Source: Bdellovibrionota bacterium (GTDB lineage Bacteria; Bdellovibrionota_C; UBA2361; OMII01). Taken from it: a DNA stretch of 64,000 nt. Below, in pieces: positions 20,621 through 29,824 of this stretch. Below the pieces are notes generated by a model, which worked only from the letters and a program-made list of their open reading frames with translations, did not search any database and was not told where the DNA came from. Position numbers and translations under genes: made by a program. The number at the start of each line of letters is the position of its first letter. Within the stretch, counting starts at the first letter, position 1. Location of the stretch: contig JBIJBE010000012.1 of the NCBI GenBank assembly GCA_044345405.1, forward strand, positions 20,918 through 84,917. Reading direction: 5' to 3'.

Positions 20621-20658
20621 GCCTACAGGGTCATGAGGCTAAACCTATGAACGAGAGT

Positions 20659-20786
20659 CGTTCACGTTTCCGTTCACGTTCACGTTCACGTTCACGTTTA
20701 CGTTCACGTTCACGTTCACGTTTACGTTTACGTTTACGTTTACGTTTACGTTTACGTTTACGTTTACGTTTACGTTTACGTTTACG
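20659..20786. repeat. Hexanucleotide microsatellite (CGTTCA/CGTTTA) x21
   Basis: Counted 21 units across 20659-20784; the last 11 are perfect CGTTTA. Confidence 0.97.
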
Positions 20787-20812
20787 GAACTATACGTGCT
20801 AGCTGCCGTTCA

Positions 20813-21331
20813 CTAATGCAACCCAAATTCCATCGAAAGATACTCCTCAAGTGGAGTGAGGTCGTGGTCCGCGAGGCGGACAACACCGTTGCGGTCGATG
20901 AACACGACGTACGGTATGTTCCTTCCCTTTAAATTAACGAACGCGTCATCGTAGGAATCGTTCCCTGAAAAGATGTGGGTCATGCTCTTCAAGCCCTGCT
21001 CCTGAATCCGGCCCTTCAGAACCTCGAAGTCCTCATTCTTGTCGATGCTTACCGCGATGAACTCCATATCGGCTCGTCTCGAATAACGACGAGCGAGCGT
21101 CTCGTACCGCTGGATCAGGGAGCGAGAGTAGGTACACCAGGTCGCCCAGAACACGATACACACATTCTTTCCACGATAGGAACTCAGCGGCACCTCAGAA
21201 CCGTCAAAAAACATCAGGCGCGCCTCGGGTGCCTCATTACCGATCATCTCCTTGCCCTTGGCGTCCATGGCGGAGCAACCGCTCAACACCACAATCAGGA
21301 TCGCGAGAAAACTAGAAAGAAAAGATCTCAT
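20813..21331 (-). CDS. TlpA-family thioredoxin-like lipoprotein (CxxS variant)
   Basis: Lipobox LSGC; LSSYRGKNVCIVFWATWCTYS; cis-Pro motif IPYVVFIDRNG. Confidence 0.88.
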   Translation of the reverse strand: MRSFLSSFLAILIVVLSGCSAMDAKGKEMIGNEAPEARLMFFDGSEVPLSSYRGKNVCIVFWATWCTYSRSLIQRYETLARRYSRRADMEFIAVSIDKNEDFEVLKGRIQEQGLKSMTHIFSGNDSYDDAFVNLKGRNIPYVVFIDRNGVVRLADHDLTPLEEYLSMEFGLH

Positions 21332-21479
21332 GGCATTTCCACACAAGGAGAGGGAAACCTCTCGACTACATTATCACATCCGTAAAGCTACTTGATTACG
21401 GCCGGAAAAGTAACCCCCATAGAGAATATCGGTTACTGCGGATAGCGCACTCTCCGCGAACACGTTACCTGCTCGATTC

Positions 21480-23924
21480 TCATGACGCGCGTTCTTTCAC
21501 CAAGGAGATCTTCTCCTCGTACACAGCGCGCACCCGTGGATCTGTCTCATCATCGTAGCTCTGGGAGATCAACTTCAAGAGCATGATATCGTTCACCTTG
21601 GTCAGGCTCGACACCGCCGCAACGCGCACAGGGGCCGAAGGATGACCCAACAGATCAACGATATCGAGCTGGTCCATCGAATCACTATACCGCCTCAATA
21701 GTATCTCAATCACCTCTGGAGGCGCTCCTCGAGTGAGCTGCCGGAGAAACTCTTGGCTCCGGGGGGCGTCTCGCACAACATCAAGCTCACTATTGAGAAC
21801 ATCAGCGCCAACAACATCTCGCAAGTCAATCGCGGCCACGACACCGGCGAAACGGGAGCTATCATTCCCATACGAAGATCGAACAAACTCCATAATCTTG
21901 GCGACGTAAGGATCCGCGATCGGCTTCGCGCTCAAGGCGTCAAAGGCGGCCCGCTTTAACGAGGAGCTCGAAGCTGTGAGGACCGTGGCCTCAAGAACAC
22001 GGGACGCCCCCTGTCCGTACCACTCGTCAAAGAGTCTTACATCGTCCATCGAGAGGTTTCCGAGAGCTCCCGACACCATCGCCGTCCGAAGGCGCTGTCT
22101 CAGCGCGGCTGACCGTCGCAGCTCCCTGAGAAAGACGGCGCGTCCACCAGGGATACTCTGCCTTCGCTCCGCTATTTGCGCGGCGGTGGAGACCTCTGGC
22201 CGCCCTTGCCGTCCCAACTCCTCAAGGAGCCATACGACGTCACTCGCGGGAATCTTCTCCTGCATTGCCACGATATCCTCCGAAAAGAGATCATGCACGT
22301 CGGGCAGAAGCAGCATTAATGCGTACGGGTTATGCTCGCCCCCATTCGCGATACCCACCTGTTCAGCGACCGCCTTGGCGAACAGTCCCCGATACGCTTC
22401 CGCGTCCCCAGTATCCAGCGCGCTCGCCGCGGCGAGAATACACGCTACACGTGGTGATACTTGATATAACCGCGCAAGCTCCTCGAGACGGGAATTACTT
22501 GACAACGCGGGATCCAATAAACGAAGAAATGGGCGGGATCCCTCATCTCCGCCAAAAGTCGCTGGCTCCTTCGCGTCCTGCATTTGTCCAAACACCACGT
22601 CCGCGGTTCGCCCTAATCCCTGTCGTCGCGCCCGAAAGGTGAGGACCTTTTCAATCTCGAGGCGTCGAGCGGGATCCGGCGCTTGAGATAGCAATTCGAT
22701 TATTTCCTGATACGCCGTTGGGGAGTCAGATTGGTACAATGCGGTGAGCCTCGTAGTGTCATCGTCTCGCTTTGTCACCTCAGCGACCTCGCGGCTTTCA
22801 AGGGCGATCGCCCCGGCGCGCCCGGCGACGTAGGAATAGAGAAGAAATCCCAGGGCGAAAAAGTTGAGAAAGGCGAGGAGAAGGACCCGACTCGGGTTTC
22901 TAAAGAGACCGACGACATCCCCGGCGAGAGATACTATCCGCTGCGGTGACACAAGGTCACCGAGTGATAATCCAGGACGTCCCCGAGAATCGAAACCACC
23001 GCCGGTTGGAGGCTCCGTTCCTGACTCCTCGTCATCATCCTCACGCCCCTCCCTAAAGCCCTTAGCTTTTCCTTGTGCCGGGGACTCTAACTCTTCTCGA
23101 GCGGCCGCCTGAATTTTCGCCGCATCCCCCACCTCAGGCCGATCCTGAGCCTCCCCTTCTCCTGGCTCCGTTGGCTCTTCGTCATCCCGAGGAAGGCGCG
23201 TGAGAGTCGCGGAATCGTGTTTTTTGCGAAGCTCCTCAGACGCGGTGGATTCCAGAAGCCCCTTAAGCCACGAAGGCGTCGCCTTCGATTCGACACTCTT
23301 CTCGTTAACCGGCACAGCGCACAATCCCTCACCAAGTCGAGCGAGCGCGTACGCGTCCACCGACGCCGTTTGGGTTCCACCGTTACGCTGCTCTGACGGC
23401 CGAAACGCTATGTATCGGTTGCGATTAAAATCCTCATCCTCTTGCTCCAACGCGACATCACCAAGAACCGCGAAAAGCGATACTCCTCCCCGATCGTTGA
23501 GGAGAAAGGAATCAAGACAGAGATCCCCACACGTAATTCGACGCTGGTGGAGCGAATCAACTATCGCGGCACACGCGTCGAAACGCTCCTCAATCTCATC
23601 GGCTGATGACGCGGGACAATCGATCTTGCGCCCATCATAGGCTCGAAGAACGGCGAATCCCCGATTGTAGCAGTCAATTCCACACGACAGGATAGCCTCA
23701 ACTCTGGGAACTCTCCGCAACGCCAAGAGCCGCTCCTGGAAGCGCCCGATCTCCCCGACCCGTAACGGACCACGAGTGCGCCATACCGTCACCTCGCGCC
23801 CCGTCACCGTATCAACGGCGCGATACGCTTGCGCGGTGAGCGTGCCAGCGACCGGTCCCTGAAAGTCGAACCGGTCCTCGAGAGAACCGCTCATTTTTTC
23901 GAAATCGTTCGACTGATGCTCCAT
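21480..23924 (-). CDS. Membrane protein with an N-terminal degenerate Ser/Thr kinase-like domain and C-terminal helical/HEAT repeats
   Basis: YRAVDTVTGREVTV, SLHQRRITCGDL, RPSEQ and SVDAYALA follow kinase subdomain order; TM VLLLAFLNFFALGFLLY; HEAT-like LLGHPSAPVRVAAVSSL and DETDPRVR. Confidence 0.7.
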   Translation of the reverse strand: MEHQSNDFEKMSGSLEDRFDFQGPVAGTLTAQAYRAVDTVTGREVTVWRTRGPLRVGEIGRFQERLLALRRVPRVEAILSCGIDCYNRGFAVLRAYDGRKIDCPASSADEIEERFDACAAIVDSLHQRRITCGDLCLDSFLLNDRGGVSLFAVLGDVALEQEDEDFNRNRYIAFRPSEQRNGGTQTASVDAYALARLGEGLCAVPVNEKSVESKATPSWLKGLLESTASEELRKKHDSATLTRLPRDDEEPTEPGEGEAQDRPEVGDAAKIQAAAREELESPAQGKAKGFREGREDDDEESGTEPPTGGGFDSRGRPGLSLGDLVSPQRIVSLAGDVVGLFRNPSRVLLLAFLNFFALGFLLYSYVAGRAGAIALESREVAEVTKRDDDTTRLTALYQSDSPTAYQEIIELLSQAPDPARRLEIEKVLTFRARRQGLGRTADVVFGQMQDAKEPATFGGDEGSRPFLRLLDPALSSNSRLEELARLYQVSPRVACILAAASALDTGDAEAYRGLFAKAVAEQVGIANGGEHNPYALMLLLPDVHDLFSEDIVAMQEKIPASDVVWLLEELGRQGRPEVSTAAQIAERRQSIPGGRAVFLRELRRSAALRQRLRTAMVSGALGNLSMDDVRLFDEWYGQGASRVLEATVLTASSSSLKRAAFDALSAKPIADPYVAKIMEFVRSSYGNDSSRFAGVVAAIDLRDVVGADVLNSELDVVRDAPRSQEFLRQLTRGAPPEVIEILLRRYSDSMDQLDIVDLLGHPSAPVRVAAVSSLTKVNDIMLLKLISQSYDDETDPRVRAVYEEKISLVKERAS

Positions 23925-23932
23925 TCCGTTTC

Positions 23933-26053
23933 CTACCGTCCAGCCAACGTCCACATTCCAATTTGCTGCACAGACACACTCGGATCCAACTCCTCAAAGG
24001 TCGTAACGAACAACGAGTGCTTGGTCATTCGGGTAATCGAAAGGACTTTTTCCTTCACCTCATTAGAGCAGAGGAGCGCGATCGGAAGAATTCCCTGCTC
24101 TAGGGTCGGCTTCAAGACGTTCGAGAGTCCCTGCATAAGCGCGTCCAGCACCGGTGCCTCTACAGCCACCGGCAATGATTTATTGTTAAAGTCGGCATCC
24201 TGGAGCGTTCGTTCAACCTCATCGGAGAGAGATACCACATGAAGGCTTTGATGAGACCCAAGGAATCTTCGAAGAACCTGGCGCCGACGATTTCCACGAA
24301 GGTGCCGTACCACCTCTTCAACCTCAACACCGGCGTCATCGTCAATCGAGACGCGATGGGCGGAGCAATAGGAGGCGACGCCCTCAATGACTCCGCGGAA
24401 GTCTCGAATACTAACCCCCTGCCTTACGAGCTCATGAAGCAGCTCCGTTAGTCGTGGCACCGATACGAACTCTTTACCGAATCCCTCTGCTATGAGTCCC
24501 GGGTGGCGCTTTTCGATCTGTCGTAACAATGAATGCACATCGGTTACGGAAAGAAACTCCTCGGGATGTCGGAGACTAAAGCTCGCCACACGAAGGGAGA
24601 TGTACTCGAAGAAATCGTAGCTACGCACCGTTCCAGCGTCTAGGATGCCCCGTATCTGCGGCGTGTTCTTGGTCCAGAAGACCCGATGACCTGAGATAGG
24701 ATGATCCTCCTCTTTGATCACAGGAAGCCCTAGCACGGCTGCCTGACAACTCGACACCTCCACAAGGAGCGCGTCCGCGGCGACGGTCCCAGACACCATC
24801 TCAACACCTGAATGAGACACCCGATATGAAGACGGCGCGAGTAGATCGTTGTGCCCTACGTTAAGGTCGGGCAGAACCATACCTACATTGGCGTGAAACG
24901 CTTCATTGAACTGTTCCCACGACTCCGTGTACCGCTGAACCTGCGCCCGATACGCTTTGAAGAGGACGGTGTGATCGAGCTCTAAGCGAAGGGCACCATC
25001 ACCAATCTCACTAACTCCCCGTTCGTGACGCACCTCGGATCCCCCTCCGGCGCGCCGGTATTCCCCAGCGATACCGCTCCGAACAGGAAGCTCACGCTCC
25101 TTCCTCAGAAGTAAAAGACCCGCGGCAACCGCCGTCGCGGCGACAAGCAGGAATGGCGCAGCCGGGATGCCGGGCATGACGGCGAAAACAACCAAGATAA
25201 GCGCGGTCACTAAGAGAGTGATCGGTTGAGAGAATAGCTGCGCGCGAAGATCAACTCCAAGAGTCGAGGTCTCCGATGAGGACACACGCGTCACGATGAT
25301 ACCAGCGCAGATCGAGGTTAGAATACTCGGAATCTGTGTCACGAGACCGTCACCCACGGTAAGCACGGTGTATGTCTGCGCCGCGTCAGAGAATGAGAGC
25401 CCTGACGCGATACCCATGTAGATACCACCCACGATATTCACCACGATGATGAATATGCCCGCGACCGCGTCGCCCTGAACGAACTTCATCGCTCCGTCCA
25501 TCGAACCGTAGAGCTGAGACTCAAGTCTCAAGTGGTCGCGTTTCTGCCGTGCCTCCTCGGCTGAGATAACTCCAGCGCGGGCGTCATTATCAATAACCAA
25601 CTGCCGTCCAGGCAACGCGTCGAGGAAGAACCTCGCGGCGACCTCGGACACGCGGGTCGCGCCTTTGGCGATTACGATGAAGTTTACGATGGTAACGATC
25701 GAGAAGATGATGATTCCAACGACCACCTCTCCGCGAATAAGGAAGGTACCGAAGGATTCGATCACTCGCCCAGCGTCTCCCTGACTGAGAATAAGCCTTG
25801 ATGAGGCCACGTTGAGCCCGAGACGGAAGAGCGTACTCAAGAGCAGTACCGTCGGGAACGTGTACAGGGCCGCGGAGTTGGCGACGTAGAGACCAACGAG
25901 CAGGAGAAGGATCGAGAACGAGATATTGAGAACGAGAAGGATATCGAGAAGCGGTGTGGGAAGTGGAACGATAAGCATCGCCGCGATGGCGATCACGAAC
26001 GCCAAAAGAACGATCTCCGAGTACCGCATCCGTCCTGAGAGTAATCCGATCAT
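23933..26053 (-). CDS. sctV: Type III secretion export gate protein, FHIPEP family (SctV/LcrD/FlhA), closer to the injectisome type
   Basis: FPTVLLLSTLFRLGLNVASSRLIL, FIVIAKGATRVSEVAARFFLDALPG, ESQLYGSMDGAMKFVQGDAVAG, LTVGDGLVTQIP and VSIRD; 706 aa from ATG 26053 with an AGGAG RBS. Confidence 0.92.
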   Translation of the reverse strand: MIGLLSGRMRYSEIVLLAFVIAIAAMLIVPLPTPLLDILLVLNISFSILLLLVGLYVANSAALYTFPTVLLLSTLFRLGLNVASSRLILSQGDAGRVIESFGTFLIRGEVVVGIIIFSIVTIVNFIVIAKGATRVSEVAARFFLDALPGRQLVIDNDARAGVISAEEARQKRDHLRLESQLYGSMDGAMKFVQGDAVAGIFIIVVNIVGGIYMGIASGLSFSDAAQTYTVLTVGDGLVTQIPSILTSICAGIIVTRVSSSETSTLGVDLRAQLFSQPITLLVTALILVVFAVMPGIPAAPFLLVAATAVAAGLLLLRKERELPVRSGIAGEYRRAGGGSEVRHERGVSEIGDGALRLELDHTVLFKAYRAQVQRYTESWEQFNEAFHANVGMVLPDLNVGHNDLLAPSSYRVSHSGVEMVSGTVAADALLVEVSSCQAAVLGLPVIKEEDHPISGHRVFWTKNTPQIRGILDAGTVRSYDFFEYISLRVASFSLRHPEEFLSVTDVHSLLRQIEKRHPGLIAEGFGKEFVSVPRLTELLHELVRQGVSIRDFRGVIEGVASYCSAHRVSIDDDAGVEVEEVVRHLRGNRRRQVLRRFLGSHQSLHVVSLSDEVERTLQDADFNNKSLPVAVEAPVLDALMQGLSNVLKPTLEQGILPIALLCSNEVKEKVLSITRMTKHSLFVTTFEELDPSVSVQQIGMWTLAGR

Positions 26054-26066
26054 GCGTCCTCTCCTC

Positions 26067-26999
26067 TTACTCCATCGCCTTAAGAAGGGTTCGCCCGAAA
26101 CCGACCAAAAGGATGAACAGGAATCCAGCGAACACGAGAGCAACTGGCGCGGTCGCCGCGAGCTCCAGTTTTTTAATTTTTTCCTCTACCTTCGTCTCAC
26201 GTTCGGCCGACACCGACTCAGAGAGATCCTGAAGCTGCTTCGAGATCTCTCCTCCGTATCGAGCCACCTGCGCGAGCGCTTTGAAGGAGTGCTTCACCTC
26301 ATTACTACCCGACTGTCTGCCAACCTCATTGAGAGCGTCCTGCAAACTCACTCCAGACTTGATGTAGGCCTGGGCGAACCGAAGAAGTTCGGTAACAGGG
26401 TTGTGAGAATCGCGCTCATCCGCCATCTGCACGACCCGCGCTAAGCACGGACCGATATCGAGGGAGCTACTGACGCCGATAGAGATCTGCTCGATGACGA
26501 GCGGAAGATAAAAAGTGATATCCTCCTGACGTAGCTTTATCCATTTATCAAGTCGCTTGAGGGGAATATATGCTCCGAGCATACCTCCCACGGCTCCATA
26601 CAAAATAGCGCTGGCCGGATCTCCACTCATCGATCCATACCCGGCACCGAGAAGTCCCAACGCGGATGGCATGACGACTTGAAGCCGTCGAAAATCTCGT
26701 CGCTGCTCCTCAGAGAAGAGTCCCGCTTGAAACATCCGCTCATCCAGGGTGAGAGACCTCTTCTTCCCCCCACCTTTTTTCGCGGCGAGCCTGGAGAGGA
26801 TCTCGTCCTCAGCGCTTCGAGACTCGTCCGAGAACTCGTCGGAGCGATCTCCCTCTATTTCGTTATCATCTGAATACCTCTGCCCCATCAAGGCGCGAAG
26901 GTTGTCTCGCTGCTCAAGGGCCTTGAGGTATCTCACGCCATAGTAGGCGGCAACCGCCAGAATAATTGAGAATATAGGGATGAGAGTCCAGTTATTCAT
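26067..26999 (-). CDS. tadC: Tad pilus inner-membrane platform protein TadC (T2SSF family)
   Basis: N-terminal TM, two central TMs, T2SSF domain, single C-terminal TM; follows tadB. Confidence 0.85.
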   Translation of the reverse strand: MNNWTLIPIFSIILAVAAYYGVRYLKALEQRDNLRALMGQRYSDDNEIEGDRSDEFSDESRSAEDEILSRLAAKKGGGKKRSLTLDERMFQAGLFSEEQRRDFRRLQVVMPSALGLLGAGYGSMSGDPASAILYGAVGGMLGAYIPLKRLDKWIKLRQEDITFYLPLVIEQISIGVSSSLDIGPCLARVVQMADERDSHNPVTELLRFAQAYIKSGVSLQDALNEVGRQSGSNEVKHSFKALAQVARYGGEISKQLQDLSESVSAERETKVEEKIKKLELAATAPVALVFAGFLFILLVGFGRTLLKAME

Positions 27000-27005
27000 A
27001 GTCCC

Positions 27006-27992
27006 TTACACCCTAATCTTCGTAACCTGCATCACCCAGTACATGCCGATCATGATCATGGTAAGGCCTCCTTGAGCTACCTTAGCCGCGACCGGATCGG
27101 TCCAGGTGACGATAACGCACTCAGGCCACGCCAGGTACAAGTACGCCTCTAACGAGAATAAGATCCCGAGAATGAAAAGGATGGAGCCGCGCTGCAAGCC
27201 AACTGCCGCTTGGGCTGACGCCCGGAAATACTGACGCTTTCGAACCTGACGAGCCAATCTGTCCACCGTCTCTGATAGGTTACCACCGACACGACGACTA
27301 AGAAGGAGAGATTGAACGAACAGTTCGATCTCAGGATGGTTTACGTCCTCGCCGAAGGAGCCGATCGAACGCTCCTCGCTAACCCCCAACCGAAGTCGCT
27401 CCAACATCAGTTCAACCTCTTGTCGCACAAGAGACGCTTCCTCAAGATTGACGGCACACGCCTCGAGCGCCTGCATCGGGTTCAGTCCAGTCTTGAGCAT
27501 ACCCACAAAGCTAAGAAGGAATTGCGGAAAATCCCTGTCGAAGCGCTTAAAGCGCGCCTTGAGACGATTATTAATGAATGCGTTGACAACCAGCGGCCCT
27601 ACCGTAAGAGCCATGAGTTGAAGCAAGATATAGAAGTATTGGCGCGCGATAAGGAACGCGCCAATGCTAAGCACTATCTGCGCTACCGCGAACACGAAGG
27701 GCGGTATGTGCGAGAGCTGGGCGAACTTGAGTCGCTTCTGAAGAGTCAGCTTGTTATCAGAGCTGGGGGCCATGCCCTCATCCTGCCCTTCCTCACCCGA
27801 ACGTCCGTTGGTGGTATAGGTGAAAGCTCTTCTCTCGCCAGCCGCGTCCTCATCTCGCTGAGCCGCAACCATCTCTCGGATACTCTGTCTGATGGCGACG
27901 TCAGAGCTGACGCCAAAGCCGATCACCCCCCGCGCCATGTAGGCGACGAGACCCAGTAAAAATATGGCGGGGATAACGAGCCAGAGAGTCAT
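27006..27992 (-). CDS. tadB: Tad pilus inner-membrane platform protein TadB (T2SSF family)
   Basis: F...FPQFL......LKTG...MQAL and RRVGGNLSETVDRLARQVRKR; follows the ATPase. Confidence 0.88.
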   Translation of the reverse strand: MTLWLVIPAIFLLGLVAYMARGVIGFGVSSDVAIRQSIREMVAAQRDEDAAGERRAFTYTTNGRSGEEGQDEGMAPSSDNKLTLQKRLKFAQLSHIPPFVFAVAQIVLSIGAFLIARQYFYILLQLMALTVGPLVVNAFINNRLKARFKRFDRDFPQFLLSFVGMLKTGLNPMQALEACAVNLEEASLVRQEVELMLERLRLGVSEERSIGSFGEDVNHPEIELFVQSLLLSRRVGGNLSETVDRLARQVRKRQYFRASAQAAVGLQRGSILFILGILFSLEAYLYLAWPECVIVTWTDPVAAKVAQGGLTMIMIGMYWVMQVTKIRV

Positions 27993-27995
27993 ACG

Positions 27996-29531
27996 TTAGC
28001 CTTTCCCTCCCGGACGAACAGGCGGGCCAAATGTTATCTCCTTCGGGGATTCACCGAGGTGAATCCCATCCGCCTTGAGCTGCTCGTCGAAGTTACTTGT
28101 CCAGGAATCCACTCGCCACACCGGACGTTGTCCCTGCTTGATCAGCGTGAACATCGGACGCACCTGGATCTGCCCCTCAACGAAATGGCCAACCTCGATT
28201 ACCTCGGCGATGCGAGGCTTACCGGTCGACTTCTCACGAATGAGCCACACGATGGAGTCGACCGCGAGCGCAATCTGTTGTCGGATGATGTCGATGGCGA
28301 CTGATTTTTGAGCGCGGCCTAGCAAACTCTCCAGGCGGACGAGGGTCTCCCGCGCGTTTCGGGCGTGGATCGTCGACATTCCAACATGCCCCGTTTGCGC
28401 GCTCTCAAGAAACGCCTCCGCCGAGAAGGGAGTTCTCATCTCACCAAGGATTACTCGGGTTGGGGTCATTCGAAGGGTTGTCTTGATGTGCTCCTGAAGT
28501 GTCACCTCTCCCATCCCTTCGGCGTTGGCCGCTCGAGAAACGAGCGATCGGAAAAACGGATGCGCGAAATTCAACTCAGGGGTATCCTCGACCGCCACGA
28601 TAGACTCATCGGGTCCAAATTGAGTCGCCAAACATTTGATCAGCGTCGTTTTACCTGTTCCGGTCTCGCCGGCGACCATCATGGTTGCCAACCCGCTTCG
28701 GATCAGGCACGCGAGGTAGTTTACGATCAGCGGAGGCGCTACTTGATAAGTAACGATGTTCTCAAGGGCGACCTCTGACATTCGAGGAACTCGGATACAC
28801 AAAAGAGGGCCGCGCTGTCCGCACACGCTCTCATGAACGGCGCATAGTCGAGTTCCGTTCGGAAAAGATCCGTCCACGGTGTGCTGCGCCGTCGTTAAAG
28901 ATTTCCCGAGGCGAAGGAGGAGTCGATCCAGGAACGTCACATACGCTTGGTGATTCGGCCAACTCAGTCCGGTCAGCTCACTAACCTTTCCTCGTTGGAG
29001 AACAACGGACTTGTAGTCATAGACGTGAATGTCGGTTACCTCTTTGTTGTCAACGAGAGGTTGAAGAACGCCCCATCCTACGAGGTCTTTTTGGAGTGAG
29101 AGAATGATGTTCGCGCGTTCGATATCATCGAGGGTCTCTCCTCGTTTTTTCAGAACCTTGTCCACAGCGCCGGCGATAACCTTCTCGGTCATCGCTGGAT
29201 TGTTCATCTGTTGTTGAAGGGAGAGATCGCTTCCCAGTTCTCGGCGAACTTCACGCATGACGATCGAAGCTGTCTGGGATAGCTCGGCACTTCGCGCGAT
29301 GGGCGGTTTAGCGGCGGGGCGAATTTTTTCAGGCGCTGGTTGAATTACCTCAGCGCTGTTTTTTTGAACCGCGGGAAGCGAACCAGGATTCGCCGGTGGG
29401 TTCGCGGGCGCTTTGCCCGGAGCTACGGCGGGGGCAGGCGTTGACTTGAGTGGTGCTATTCGAGTTTGCGTGCCTCGCGCGGAGAAGATCCCGAGCAAGT
29501 CTTCCTTACCGTCTTTGTCCGAACCAGCCAT
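27996..29531 (-). CDS. tadA: Tad pilus assembly ATPase TadA/CpaF
   Basis: GWGVLQPLVD.EVTDI, VDGSFPNGTR, Walker A GETGTGKTT, VEDTPEL, LRMTPTRVILGEMR and TGH..STIHA. Confidence 0.95.
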   Translation of the reverse strand: MAGSDKDGKEDLLGIFSARGTQTRIAPLKSTPAPAVAPGKAPANPPANPGSLPAVQKNSAEVIQPAPEKIRPAAKPPIARSAELSQTASIVMREVRRELGSDLSLQQQMNNPAMTEKVIAGAVDKVLKKRGETLDDIERANIILSLQKDLVGWGVLQPLVDNKEVTDIHVYDYKSVVLQRGKVSELTGLSWPNHQAYVTFLDRLLLRLGKSLTTAQHTVDGSFPNGTRLCAVHESVCGQRGPLLCIRVPRMSEVALENIVTYQVAPPLIVNYLACLIRSGLATMMVAGETGTGKTTLIKCLATQFGPDESIVAVEDTPELNFAHPFFRSLVSRAANAEGMGEVTLQEHIKTTLRMTPTRVILGEMRTPFSAEAFLESAQTGHVGMSTIHARNARETLVRLESLLGRAQKSVAIDIIRQQIALAVDSIVWLIREKSTGKPRIAEVIEVGHFVEGQIQVRPMFTLIKQGQRPVWRVDSWTSNFDEQLKADGIHLGESPKEITFGPPVRPGGKG

Positions 29532-29824
29532 AGTAGATCCCTCGCAGTAGAAACAGCTATCCCACTCACCTCATCGGCGTATTCTTGAGCAGGGATTAGA
29601 AAAACCCGCCAAAAAACAGAAACAGAACAGTGATTTATCAAACAACATTCCTCAGCAAGGGCTCGGCTGACGGTATCGGAGCGATTGTGGATGATGCGCG
29701 CCCGATCAGAGGGGGAACCGGGGAATGGCTGACAAGAAGGCTTTATCTCAGAACTGAGCCCCTAAGCCCGTTCGTGCACACAGAGGTACCAGGATAGGAG
29801 TTTCTACTACGAACTATGGCGAGG

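Noticed and set aside
23933-26053. Ordinary flagellar flhA in a flagellar operon
   Set aside because: No flhB, flhF, fliPQR or other flagellar neighbours, and the signature is SctV-like
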